64,000 bases of DNA from Bacillales bacterium UBA4278 (lineage in GTDB: Bacteria; Bacillota_I; Bacilli_A; RFN20; CAG-826). The stretch's first letter is position 1. Each line of letters begins with the position of its first letter. Positions 28,629 through 38,240 of this stretch are shown here, piece after piece. The stretch is from contig DGVS01000007.1 of the NCBI GenBank assembly GCA_002395065.1, positions 67,981-131,980 on the forward strand. Reading direction: 5' to 3'. The position numbers and the translations under genes were made by a program. The notes beneath the pieces were generated by a model. That model saw only the letters and a list, made by a program, of their open reading frames with translations, had not been told where the DNA came from and did no database searches.

Positions 28629-29474
28629 CTAATACCCCATGTCATGTTTATATTGATGTGGGGTTTTATATTGCAATGCATATGCTGGACGTTCGTGATT
28701 GAACCAATGTATGTATGCCTTGATAAACTTGTTTATATCATCACAATGTTTCAAATCAAAATCATAAAACATCTCATCTTTCATCCAACCGTTAATTGAT
28801 TCCATAATTGGATTATCTGTTGGAGTTCCTACTCGAGACATTGAATGTTTCATGTTAATATTAGTTAGAAGCTCATTATAGCTTCTGGAAGAATAAACCG
28901 AACCTTGGTCTGCGTGAAGAATGGTAACCTGGTCAGTTTGTTCTTTTTTAATTAGTTTTATTACTTCTTTAAGTCCATCGTGATATGTTCTTGGATCGCC
29001 CTCTCTAGAACTAAGCCCGTAAGATACTATTTCGTTATTGAATGTATCCAAATGTAACGTTAATTCGTGACGATTCCCTTTGTAATGGAATATGGTCATA
29101 TCTGACACAATGATTTCATACGGTTTAGATGCATTCCAATTCCCACAAATAAGGTTTGTGAATCCTAGTTTTTCCTCTTTGGGTCTTTTCCATTTAATCC
29201 TAGGAGCTTCTGATTTAATTCCTGCATATTTGCAACATACATGAACATAATTTGGTTTTAATATGAGTCCGTATTTTTGCTTTAAATAAGCTGAGATCCA
29301 TCGATATCCATGGGTTTTATGTTTGTTATGAACCTCTTGAATAATCTTAAGATTATCTTCCCTTCTTTTTACCCATTCTGGCTTATTAACCCGTCTTTGT
29401 TTCCATTTATAATATACGCTCCTATTAACACCCATAATTGAACATAGAAATTTAACCGGATATTTATTTGACAA
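28629..29474 (-). CDS. IS3-family transposase OrfB (DDE integrase core)
   Basis: KYPVKFLCSIMGVNRSVYYKW N-terminal region; DDE-type core with HADQGSVY and downstream E. Confidence 0.8.
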   Translation of the reverse strand: MSNKYPVKFLCSIMGVNRSVYYKWKQRRVNKPEWVKRREDNLKIIQEVHNKHKTHGYRWISAYLKQKYGLILKPNYVHVCCKYAGIKSEAPRIKWKRPKEEKLGFTNLICGNWNASKPYEIIVSDMTIFHYKGNRHELTLHLDTFNNEIVSYGLSSREGDPRTYHDGLKEVIKLIKKEQTDQVTILHADQGSVYSSRSYNELLTNINMKHSMSRVGTPTDNPIMESINGWMKDEMFYDFDLKHCDDINKFIKAYIHWFNHERPAYALQYKTPHQYKHDMGY

Positions 29475-29541
29475 GAGTTCGATTATTTCGAATTCTTTTT
29501 GCTGATAATAACGTATTCTTTTCTTCGACCAACTCCTTTCG

Positions 29542-29890
29542 CTAAATAACCTTTTTTAATCGTTCACACTCAACTTCCTTTTTGGCTAATTCAAGTCTTA
29601 ATCTTTCAACTTCTGTGAGATTCTTTTTAACATACAACGCTGAATATGGGTTACCAGATCCACATTTACCTGTTTTAGATTTTAAGCCATCAATACCATC
29701 TTTTTCATATGCGCGAACCCATTTGCCAATGGTCGTATCGCTAATACCAAGTTCGTCACCTATTTTTTTTAAAAGGGATATTCTCGTTAATACATCTAAG
29801 AACAATTTGTTCTTTTTCAATAGGAGATCGCATATTGTTTTTTGTTCCTCTTGGGCGACCTCTGATTGCTCTGTCTTTCTTTTTAGACAT
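29542..29890 (-). pseudogene. IS3-family transposase OrfA (HTH + leucine zipper), frameshifted in an A8 homopolymer (top-strand T8 at 29763-29770)
   Basis: N-terminus MSKKKDRAIRGRPRGTKNNMRSPIEKEQIVLRCINENIPFKK in one frame, continues IGDELGISDTTIGKWVRAYEKDGIDGLKSKTG... in the next; GGAGG RBS before ATG 29890. Confidence 0.65.
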
Positions 29891-30008
29891 AATTGCCTCC
29901 TTTTCATAATCATACTAAAAGAAAAAGTAGACCGCATTTTTTATACGTGTCTACTTTTATCTTATCGGAGCACCGATCGGCCTCGCCTTTTAGTTTGGTT
30001 ATTATTTC

Positions 30009-30434
30009 TTACTGACAATACTCTGGTAACAATTTTAAGAAATCTTCTGGAAGAATCGCTTTTACTTTTGAGTTCGCAAAATGTTTGATATTTCGTGTAA
30101 TGATGAAATCAGCATTGATTCTAGAAGATGTTTCATCAAGAAGAGCATCTTCAAAATCATTTATCTTTGATAAATATGCTGCATTAACATCCATGACCGT
30201 GGAATCACATAAGTGAACACCATTAAGTAAATCAAAAGTCATTGATTTTGTTTTTACTTGGTCGTGAGTGTATTTCTTTAGTAAGTAAAAGATGTCTGTT
30301 AATGCTTTAACACTAATCACTCCTAAGAAGACGTCACAAGCCGAAGCATAAATAATCTTTTGCGCAGTTTTTGAAAATGGTTGTCTTGATTGTAAAGCAT
30401 CAAGAACAACACATGTATCAATCATTCCAACCAT
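30009..30434 (-). CDS. PIN-domain (VapC-like) type II toxin
   Basis: N-terminal MIDTCVVLDALQ and C-terminal ADFIITRNIKHF PIN signatures; start overlaps the antitoxin stop (ATGA-type overlap). Confidence 0.75.
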   Translation of the reverse strand: MVGMIDTCVVLDALQSRQPFSKTAQKIIYASACDVFLGVISVKALTDIFYLLKKYTHDQVKTKSMTFDLLNGVHLCDSTVMDVNAAYLSKINDFEDALLDETSSRINADFIITRNIKHFANSKVKAILPEDFLKLLPEYCQ

Positions 30435-30654
30435 GTTGTTTGATTCTTTCTTTATAAGCATCTTCTAGAGATGCATCATTTGGAAGAACACCAAATAATG
30501 ATTCGACTGAACTGATCCGACTTTCATTAACTGGTGAAAATTTTGACCAAATTTTTCCATTTTTTGTTACAAAAATAGTGGTTGTGCGCGATAGCTCTAA
30601 ATAATAACCAAGGTTTTTCTTTAATTCTGTAGCTGTAATTGACATAGTTTTCAT
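30418..30654 (-). CDS. Type II antitoxin (Phd/YefM-like) paired with the PIN toxin
   Basis: 78 aa; ATELKKNLGYYLELSRTTTIFVTKNGK resembles YefM-type antitoxins; palindromic operators upstream. Confidence 0.65.
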   Translation of the reverse strand: MKTMSITATELKKNLGYYLELSRTTTIFVTKNGKIWSKFSPVNESRISSVESLFGVLPNDASLEDAYKERIKQHGWND

Positions 30655-30669
30655 ATCTCCATTGTAAAA

Positions 30670-30707
30670 GTAAATCGCACGATTTACAAAACAAATCGTA
30701 CGAATTT
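30670..30707. promoter_or_regulatory. Two palindromic operator-like sites (GTAAATCGCACGATTTAC and AAATCGTACGAATTT) upstream of the VapB-like antitoxin
   Basis: Near-perfect dyads at 30670-30687 and 30693-30707. Confidence 0.4.
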
Positions 30708-30835
30708 ATTAAATCTAAGGTGGTCTAACACGATATTTCCTCATACTATCTTTATTCGTAAAAAATGAGGAAAAGTGTTCAAAAAAAGAGAGAAATTTGA
30801 ACTCTCTCTTCTTTAATTAACAAAGTTAATTATTT

Positions 30836-31237
30836 TTAATCAATTTTTCCAATGACGTTTTCAATGTGCTTCTTAATGATTTGCCACGTCTCATCAGAGA
30901 AGTCATGTTCTAATTTACACGCGTCTTCATACGCCGTTTCTTCAGAGACACCGAGACTTACAAGTAACTTCGCGACTTTTTTATGTCTTTCATAAACCTT
31001 GGAAGCAATGTTGTAACCTTCTTCAGTTAGATGGATGTGCCCTTTTTGATCAATCTTAATCAATTTCTCATCAGATAGTTTTGTCATGGCAATCGAAACT
31101 GAAGGTTTAGAAAAACTCATCGCCCGTGCAACATCAATTGAACGCACAAAATCTTTTTCATTAGAAACTTGGAGGATGGCTACTAAATAGTCCTCACGAG
31201 ATTCATGTTTTCTCATATGGTGATTAGATATTAACAA
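30836..31237 (-). CDS. DtxR/MntR-family metal-dependent transcriptional regulator
   Basis: ESREDYLVAILQV..., DVARAMSFSKPSVSIAMTKL HTH and C-terminal metal-site region resemble B. subtilis MntR. Confidence 0.8.
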   Translation of the reverse strand: MLISNHHMRKHESREDYLVAILQVSNEKDFVRSIDVARAMSFSKPSVSIAMTKLSDEKLIKIDQKGHIHLTEEGYNIASKVYERHKKVAKLLVSLGVSEETAYEDACKLEHDFSDETWQIIKKHIENVIGKID

Positions 31238-31281
31238 ATTTAAATATTAAAACAAGAGTCTCTTTTCTCCTCTCTTAACAT

Positions 31282-31299
31282 TGAAATATTAATATTTCA
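31282..31299. promoter_or_regulatory. Perfect 18-bp palindrome TGAAATATTAATATTTCA overlapping the -35 (TTGAAA) of a TATAAT promoter for the lipoprotein gene, in the regulator-lipoprotein divergent region
   Basis: Seen directly; -10 TATAAT at 31304-31309, 17-bp spacer. Confidence 0.45.
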
Positions 31300-31317
31300 T
31301 ACGTATAATATTAAGCA

Positions 31318-32340
31318 ATGAAAAAAGCAGTTATTCTTCCTTTGTTAGTTGTTTCTCTTCTTCTAGGCGGGTGTAAAACAACACCGAAAAAGAAGACATC
31401 CAAAGGAAGTTCAATCCATTCTGAAACGACTTCTCATGAAGGAGACTCATCTAGCCAAGTCGCTATATCATCAGGCACCTCTTTAACGACGCAAATTCCT
31501 CCAAGCAGCAGTTTGAGTGGAACATCATCAAGTTCTTCTGAAATTGATCCTCCTGGGGGAGAGGTCTTTGAGGGAATTTTTATTCGTTGGTATCCAGAAA
31601 CTGTTAAAGTTAGTTCAACAAAATCATCCGCTACAATTGTTGATGTTGTTTATGCTGAAGGTCACTCTGGCGAAGAATTTGATAACCCTTTAACCTGGGA
31701 CACATCTGATCACTCGATCGCAGAAGCCGACCAATATGGTCGAATTACCGCGAAACAAAAAGGAATTGTGACTTTAACCTGTACAACAATTGTCGATAAT
31801 TTATCTGCATCGTGTCGTATTGTTTGTTATAACAACGATTCTGATTTTAACAAAACTTGGAATCGACTTGGTGCTAGTGACAACCTTCAATCAGGAGACC
31901 AATTAATTATCGCTTGTCCGGAGTTTAATAAAGCAGCAACAACCGAATCTACTGGAAGTTATCTTCATGCTACCAGCGTTACATATAATAGTGATAAATC
32001 ACAAATAACCGATGCTTCTGGTGCAGCAAAATTCATCTTAGGAGAGGATTATCGAGGTAGAGAAGGTTATAACCTTGAAGTTCCAGAACTTGCTGAACCT
32101 TATTTAGCGTTTACAAACGAAGCTAAAATCCACTGGGAAAACCAGCCAAAGAAGTCTAATACCTTATGGTATATTTCCTTTGATTTAGATAATAATGTTT
32201 GGGATATGAGAACTGTCACCATCGGTGATGGTTGGATGATGTATAACCATGATAAAGATGGTTTTGCTCCATACCAAAATAGTGAAACAGAGATGATGAA
32301 AGTGATGACGCTTTATCGTCTAACTTATACATTAAAATAA
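31318..32340 (+). CDS. Lipoprotein with S/T-rich linker and Big_2-like domain, function unknown
   Basis: Lipobox LLLGGC; GRITAKQKGIVTLTCTT Ig-like module. Confidence 0.55.
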   Translation: MKKAVILPLLVVSLLLGGCKTTPKKKTSKGSSIHSETTSHEGDSSSQVAISSGTSLTTQIPPSSSLSGTSSSSSEIDPPGGEVFEGIFIRWYPETVKVSSTKSSATIVDVVYAEGHSGEEFDNPLTWDTSDHSIAEADQYGRITAKQKGIVTLTCTTIVDNLSASCRIVCYNNDSDFNKTWNRLGASDNLQSGDQLIIACPEFNKAATTESTGSYLHATSVTYNSDKSQITDASGAAKFILGEDYRGREGYNLEVPELAEPYLAFTNEAKIHWENQPKKSNTLWYISFDLDNNVWDMRTVTIGDGWMMYNHDKDGFAPYQNSETEMMKVMTLYRLTYTLK

Positions 32341-32350
32341 GATTATTTAA

Positions 32351-33454
32351 TTAGTCAGAGAAATCAGTATCCTGCACAACAAAGAATGTATAAGCAGGAT
32401 ACTTTTCTTTAAGTAAAGAAATAATTGAAGCAATCTTTTCTTGCGGTTTGTCATATTTAAAATCAAAGATTAAATCAAAAGTAATGAGTTTCTTTTCTTC
32501 GTCAAGATAGAAACCATGGACTTGGATAATATCTTGGTCTTTCTTAACTAAATCATAGACAAAATCTTTGATTTCCTTTACTTCTGGATTAGTTTCATTT
32601 GTGGCATAGATTCCAACAGTAAGAACCGCGCCAGTTTCGGCATAAACTTTGGCGGCGATACTTCTAGTTAAGTGGTGGATTTCAACCGCGTTCATCTTGT
32701 CATCTACTTCAATATGAATCGACGCAATGATTCTTTCAGTACCATAATTATTAATAATCAGGTCATATGCCCCTTTAACTTCCTTAAAGGAACAAACTAA
32801 ACGTTTAATTGTATCGATTTCTTCTTGGGATGCTCTTTCTCCAATGATGAGAGAAATTCCATCATGAAGAATCTCATAAGATGTCTTAAGAATAAATAAT
32901 CCGATTAAGATACCGATGTATCCTTCAATGTTGATTCCCCAAATAAGAGAAGTTCCTATACCGATTAATGTTGCTACTGAAAGTAATGCATCAAAAAACG
33001 CATCTTTTCCGCTCGCTTTTAAAGGTTCTGAATTAACTTTCTTACCAATTTTTGTAAAGTAGAAAGAAACAACAATTTTGACGATAATTGCGGCACCAAT
33101 AACAATTAACGAAGCAATACTATGTTCAACTACTGGATTTTCAATTAACGATTTAATGGATTCATAAATCGCCATCACTCCAGCAGCCAAAACAATCATC
33201 CCAATAATCAAACTTGTTAAATACTCAACACGTCCATGACCATATGGATGTTTTTTATCTGGTTTTTTATTGGACAGTTTTGTGCCAATAATCGTGATCA
33301 TACTAGATAAGGAATCGGATAAGTTATTTATGGCGTCTGTAATAATCGCAACACTATGTGCAATAACACCAATAATAGCTTTGCCAATCACAAGAAAAAT
33401 ATTGGCAAGAATTCCAACAATACTGGTGCGAATAATAGTTTTCTCTCGATTCAT
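32351..33454 (-). CDS. Cation diffusion facilitator (CDF) family metal efflux transporter
   Basis: Six TM + cytoplasmic domain; HSVAIITDAINNLSD and HPYGHGRVEYL CDF motifs. Confidence 0.85.
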   Translation of the reverse strand: MNREKTIIRTSIVGILANIFLVIGKAIIGVIAHSVAIITDAINNLSDSLSSMITIIGTKLSNKKPDKKHPYGHGRVEYLTSLIIGMIVLAAGVMAIYESIKSLIENPVVEHSIASLIVIGAAIIVKIVVSFYFTKIGKKVNSEPLKASGKDAFFDALLSVATLIGIGTSLIWGINIEGYIGILIGLFILKTSYEILHDGISLIIGERASQEEIDTIKRLVCSFKEVKGAYDLIINNYGTERIIASIHIEVDDKMNAVEIHHLTRSIAAKVYAETGAVLTVGIYATNETNPEVKEIKDFVYDLVKKDQDIIQVHGFYLDEEKKLITFDLIFDFKYDKPQEKIASIISLLKEKYPAYTFFVVQDTDFSD

Positions 33455-33475
33455 AAAATTACCAGCAATTTTCGG

Positions 33476-33958
33476 TTATTTCTTTAATTCTGCAATGATT
33501 TTTTCTTCGAAGGATGATGGTTTAGCAATTGGTTCAAAACGCTCGACAAAATTACCATCTTTTCCAATTAAGAATTTGGTAAAGTTCCATTTCACTTTTT
33601 TTACTTTGCCCTTTTCATTTTGCTTACAAAGATAAACGAATAATGGATCAGCGTTATCTCCGTTTACTTCAACCTTTTTAAATCTTGGGAATTTAGTTCC
33701 GAAGTTTAAACTACAGAAACTATTAATTTCTTCATCACTTCCTGGAGCTTGGTGGAAGAATTGGTTGCATGGGAAATCAAGAATTTCAAATCCTTGATCG
33801 GCATATTTTTCGTAAAGTTCTTCAAGCTCAGAATATTGTTTGGTAAATCCGCATTTTGTTGCGGTGTTAACAATTAAAAGAACTTTTCCTTTATATTTTG
33901 ACAAAGAGCAATCTTCGCCCTTTTGATCTTTTACAGTAAAATCATAAATGTTCATCAT
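33476..33958 (-). CDS. Glutathione peroxidase
   Basis: CGFTKQY, LDFPCNQF, WNFTKFLIGKDG GPx motifs. Confidence 0.85.
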   Translation of the reverse strand: MMNIYDFTVKDQKGEDCSLSKYKGKVLLIVNTATKCGFTKQYSELEELYEKYADQGFEILDFPCNQFFHQAPGSDEEINSFCSLNFGTKFPRFKKVEVNGDNADPLFVYLCKQNEKGKVKKVKWNFTKFLIGKDGNFVERFEPIAKPSSFEEKIIAELKK

Positions 33959-34062
33959 TTTTCTCCTATTGAGTAACTAAATAATAGACAATATTTTTAG
34001 AAAAATAAAATTAAACTTACACGCATATTAATAATAATGTATATTGTTAGAGGAGCCTAACT

Positions 34063-35865
34063 ATGAAAAAGCATTTCTCTACTATTTTATCTCTTATATT
34101 TGTATCTCTTCTTTTAGCCTCTTGTGGAACAACCAAACGTCGTGTTAAAAGAAATTCTAGTGCTGAACACGATTCTGATCCAATCACAAACATCACTAGT
34201 GACGAAACAAGTCAAACAGCAGAAGATCAAGAGCATCAACAAACAATTGATGATGAACAAAGTCATGATGTTCCTACTGAGGATGAACGTGAAACGGTGG
34301 AAGGAACAGTAATATCAACTGCTGGAAACTATACTTTGAAAGGTAATTATGATCATGTCGAGATTACTGCTCCAAGTGGTTCAGAAGTTTATATCTATCT
34401 TGATGGAGTAACAATCAATAGCTCAGCAGGTATTGCTTTATCAAACGGAAATAAGGGTATTGTTCATTTAGTTATTATTAATGGAACTACCAATTCAATT
34501 ATTAATGATGTTGCTAATACAAATGCCCTTCATATCAAAGGTAATTTGTTTATTTCAGGCAATGGAACATTAAATGTTGAGTCAAAACAAAAGAGCGCAA
34601 TTAAAGTCAGTGAAACCCTAACAATTAGTGGAGTCACAATTAATGCCACCTCTTCTAAACACGCAATTACTGCTGAAACACTTGTTGCTAGCGGCTGTAC
34701 TCTAAACTGTTCAGCTACAGACGGAGATGGTATTCAAACTGAATACGAAGCAGATACATATTCTTCCGCTAAAGGTTATGTTTATCTTAAGGATGTCAAC
34801 CTAACGATCAATGGTAAAGGAGATGGAATTCAAGCCAGCACTTACATTGATATTTATGGCGGAACTATCAATGTTTCTTTAACAGGAACATTTGTTCCTT
34901 ATTCCCAAAAAGATACATATGAATTAACAGATGATGACTATAAGTGGAACTCTCAATATAAACGAATCGCTAGTGATAACCACACATTTTATAGTTCTCG
35001 TTATGCTTTAACTTCCTCGGTTAAGGCTCTGAAAGCTGGTCCTATTGAAAATAGTGCTGGCGAAGATGTTACCTCTGGTGATTACGCTATTACATTAAGA
35101 GGTTTATCAACAATAACACTTAATTCAACAGACGATGCGGTTCACACAAATTATGGAAAAGTTTCTATAGAAAGTGTGAACTTAACAATCACTACAAGCG
35201 ATGATGCAATTCATGCTGATTACAATACAATAATTAACAATGCCTCAATCGTTGTTAATGACTCTTATGAAGGAATTGAAGGGCAAAACGTGACGATTGA
35301 TGGAGAAAATACAAACATCGTTGTGAATAGCCAAGATGATGGTATTAATGCTGCATCAGATTACGGAACTTCATATGTTTGCACAATTAATAATGGCTAT
35401 GTCCGCTGCAAAGCAGGCGGAGATGGCTTGGATGCTAATACAACTTTAAATATCAACGGTGGAACAGTCATTGTTGAAGGACCAGGAAGTGGAAACGGAT
35501 CTTTAGATGCAGATAGAATAAACATCAATGGTGGTATTGTTTTTGCTTGTTCAAATAACGGAATGTTAGAAAACATGACCGCTACGCAACCAACATTTAT
35601 TTATTCAGGATCATCACAAGCGGCTAATTCTTTAATCAGTGTGGCTGATGCAGCCAATGATGATAACGCCTTATTTACATACACTCTTAAATTATCTTGC
35701 ACGCAAATTATTTTCTCTTCCCCAGGAATGAGCGTCGGTAAAACCTATACTATCTTTAACGGAGAAACTGAAGTCGTTGATATTAATATGACTTCCTCCT
35801 TAACGAAAGTTGGTTCATCTGGTGGTGGGCAAGGTGGCGGCCCTGGAGGCGGTGGCTGGCATTAA
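34063..35865 (+). CDS. Lipoprotein with repetitive parallel beta-helix-like domain (Cthe_2159-like carbohydrate-binding protein, tentative) and Gly-rich tail
   Basis: Lipobox LLLASCG; recurring ..GDGI.. / ..DDAIH.. / ..DDGINA.. beta-helix rung pattern; C-terminal GSSGGGQGGGPGGGGWH. Confidence 0.5.
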   Translation: MKKHFSTILSLIFVSLLLASCGTTKRRVKRNSSAEHDSDPITNITSDETSQTAEDQEHQQTIDDEQSHDVPTEDERETVEGTVISTAGNYTLKGNYDHVEITAPSGSEVYIYLDGVTINSSAGIALSNGNKGIVHLVIINGTTNSIINDVANTNALHIKGNLFISGNGTLNVESKQKSAIKVSETLTISGVTINATSSKHAITAETLVASGCTLNCSATDGDGIQTEYEADTYSSAKGYVYLKDVNLTINGKGDGIQASTYIDIYGGTINVSLTGTFVPYSQKDTYELTDDDYKWNSQYKRIASDNHTFYSSRYALTSSVKALKAGPIENSAGEDVTSGDYAITLRGLSTITLNSTDDAVHTNYGKVSIESVNLTITTSDDAIHADYNTIINNASIVVNDSYEGIEGQNVTIDGENTNIVVNSQDDGINAASDYGTSYVCTINNGYVRCKAGGDGLDANTTLNINGGTVIVEGPGSGNGSLDADRININGGIVFACSNNGMLENMTATQPTFIYSGSSQAANSLISVADAANDDNALFTYTLKLSCTQIIFSSPGMSVGKTYTIFNGETEVVDINMTSSLTKVGSSGGGQGGGPGGGGWH

Positions 35866-35929
35866 AAAATAATAGAAAGCGAGCATTGCTCGTTTTCTTT
35901 TTAAAAAGTATCGGTATAATATTTACGAA

Positions 35930-36730
35930 ATGAAAAAGAATTCTGAGATAAAAATTATCTTCACGGACGTTGACTGGACAATTCTTAATCATGGACATGG
36001 AAAACACGTCTATGATAAGAAGAGTTTAAAAGCTCTTAAAAAAGCCCAGAGAAACGGTGTGAAAGTTTTTATTGCTACCGCTCGTCCTTACGAATCTCTT
36101 CAGTTAACCGGATTCTTTGAAGAATTTAAGCCTGATGGAATGATTTTAGCCAATGGAGCACTTATTTTTATTGGCGATAAAATCATCCATCACGATTACA
36201 TGAAACCTGAATTAGTACGCAAGATTTGTGATATCGCCAAGAAAAAAGATATCGTTATTCAATTCGTCTCGGAATATGAACGATGGATCTCTGAGCCAAT
36301 CAATGAAGTCGCCCAACATTATTTCGATTTCTATTTTGAAAAAATACCAGCAATTCGCGGTTATAATGGTGAAAATATCTCAGGATTGCTGTTATTTTGC
36401 ACAGAAGATAAAGATCCAGAAATTGTTGGTGAAATCGCTCATCCAGGGCTTGATGCTTTCCGTTTATTTCCATACGCTTTGGATATTCGTGACCACGTTA
36501 TTCAAAAGAGCGACGGTATTCAAAAGGTACTCGACTATTACGGATTAAAGAAAGAGAACGCACTTGCTCTGGGAGATGATGTTCAAGATGTGTCAATGTT
36601 TAAACTTTGCAAGTATAGTGCCGCAATGGAAAACGGTGTTGAAAAAGCTAAGTCATATGCCTCATATGTCACCACACATATTGATTGCCATGGCGTAAAG
36701 AAAGCTCTAAAGTATTTCAAGGTTATTTAA
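35930..36730 (+). CDS. Cof-type HAD-IIB family hydrolase
   Basis: DVDWTIL motif I, K..IATARP, GDDVQDVSMF motif IV. Confidence 0.75.
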   Translation: MKKNSEIKIIFTDVDWTILNHGHGKHVYDKKSLKALKKAQRNGVKVFIATARPYESLQLTGFFEEFKPDGMILANGALIFIGDKIIHHDYMKPELVRKICDIAKKKDIVIQFVSEYERWISEPINEVAQHYFDFYFEKIPAIRGYNGENISGLLLFCTEDKDPEIVGEIAHPGLDAFRLFPYALDIRDHVIQKSDGIQKVLDYYGLKKENALALGDDVQDVSMFKLCKYSAAMENGVEKAKSYASYVTTHIDCHGVKKALKYFKVI

Positions 36731-38125
36731 ATGTCTAAGTACGGAGTTTTATTAGCTATCTCATCATTACCTGGTTCTCATGGAATCGGTGATTTTGGTA
36801 ACCAAGCATATCGATTTATAAATTGGTTAAAGAAGAACGACTATTCCTACTGGCAGATTCTTCCTCTTAATCCAATTGGTCCCGGACATTCTCCATACAT
36901 GTCAACATGCAGTGAAGCAATTGAACCAAGATACATTTCACTCGATAAATTAACTGAAATTGGTCTTCTTCCAAAGGTGAAGAAATATCACTCAACTTCT
37001 GGAAGAGTCAATTATGAGAAAGTTTGGCCATTTAAAGAAAAGTATCTAAAGATAGCGTTCAATAACGATGAGCAAAAGATCCACTTTGTTAAAGAATTTG
37101 AATCATCCCATCCGTGGGTTAAAGCATTTGCCGTTTTTTCATGTTTAAAAAAGAAATATAACAACACTTCTTGGAATACATGGAGTGAGGAAGACAAACA
37201 TTTTGATTTTTCAAAAGATATTCCAGATGATGAATGCCTATTTATTGAATGGTGTCAAGCTGTTGCCTATAAGCAATGGGAGAATGTTTTATCTTACGCT
37301 CGTCAAAACGAGATCAAGATTATTGCCGATTGTCCATTTTATGTTGGTTTAGAAAGTGTTGATTGCTGGGCTCACAAAGATGAGTTTATCCTTGATGAAA
37401 ATTATCATCCAACTTTAGTTAGCGGTTGTCCACCAGATGCTTTCAGTGATGATGGACAGCTTTGGGGAACACCAATTTATAACTTCGAAAAGATGAGAGA
37501 AAATGGTTATTCCTTCCTCATTAATCGCTTAGCAAATCTATGTAAAACTTGTGATATTCTTCGACTCGATCACTTCCGAGCTTTTGATACGTATTGTGTT
37601 ATTCCTGCTGAAGATGAAAATGCTCGTCGAGGTGAATGGAGAGAAGGACCAAGATACGACTTTTTTGACAAATTATACCAGCAATTTCCGGATATTTCGT
37701 TAATTGCAGAAGATTTAGGTGATATTTTCCAAAGTGTTCACGATCTAAGAAATCACTACAATTTGCCTGGCATGTATGTCACCGAATTTATGATTTTTGA
37801 TGAGAATTTAAAGAGCAATGAAAACCAAATTGTTTATCCAGGCACTCATGACAATAACACCATTAAAGGTTGGTTAAAATCACTGAGCGATGAACAAAGA
37901 CAATTTTTAAAAAACAAATTCAAATGTCCATCATTGTCGGATGGATTTAAACATTATGTATGGAACCAACCATCAAAAATGACAATCTTCCTAATGCAAG
38001 ATCTTCTCTCACTTAGTGGGAAAGCTCGTATGAACTTCCCAGGTACAATTGGTTCACCAAACTGGGAATGGAAATTAAGAAGTATGTCCCAACTTTGTTG
38101 GCCATCATATCGAAGAGTAAAATAG
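36731..38125 (+). CDS. malQ: 4-alpha-glucanotransferase (amylomaltase, GH77)
   Basis: N-terminus SLPGSHGIGDFGNQAYRFINWLKKNDYSYWQILPLNP typical of GH77; catalytic region LRLDHFRAF. Confidence 0.85.
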   Translation: MSKYGVLLAISSLPGSHGIGDFGNQAYRFINWLKKNDYSYWQILPLNPIGPGHSPYMSTCSEAIEPRYISLDKLTEIGLLPKVKKYHSTSGRVNYEKVWPFKEKYLKIAFNNDEQKIHFVKEFESSHPWVKAFAVFSCLKKKYNNTSWNTWSEEDKHFDFSKDIPDDECLFIEWCQAVAYKQWENVLSYARQNEIKIIADCPFYVGLESVDCWAHKDEFILDENYHPTLVSGCPPDAFSDDGQLWGTPIYNFEKMRENGYSFLINRLANLCKTCDILRLDHFRAFDTYCVIPAEDENARRGEWREGPRYDFFDKLYQQFPDISLIAEDLGDIFQSVHDLRNHYNLPGMYVTEFMIFDENLKSNENQIVYPGTHDNNTIKGWLKSLSDEQRQFLKNKFKCPSLSDGFKHYVWNQPSKMTIFLMQDLLSLSGKARMNFPGTIGSPNWEWKLRSMSQLCWPSYRRVK

Positions 38126-38240
38126 TGGAGTGAAACCGCTATTTTTCTTTATCGCGCAGTTATGTGTGGTATGATTTTAATGATGTTAGAGCCTAAATTA
38201 ATTTAGTGAAAGCATCACAAGGAGATACAAAAAGAAACTT

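Larger units (their letters stand above)
28556..30007 (-). mobile_element. IS3-family insertion sequence (orfA/orfB) with about 25-bp terminal inverted repeats and 3-bp CTT target-site duplication
   Basis: Terminal IRs AATCAATAACCAAACTAAAAGCGAGACC (left) and the reverse complement of GGCCTCGCCTTTTAGTTTGGTTATTATTT (right); CTT at 28553-28555 and 30008-30010; A_AAA_AAG slippery heptamer at the orfA/orfB junction. Confidence 0.7.

Noticed and set aside
29475-29541. Functional programmed -1 frameshift joining IS orfA and orfB
   Set aside because: The A_AAA_AAG heptamer is present, but orfB lies in the +1 frame, not the -1 frame, so the canonical fusion cannot form from this sequence as given
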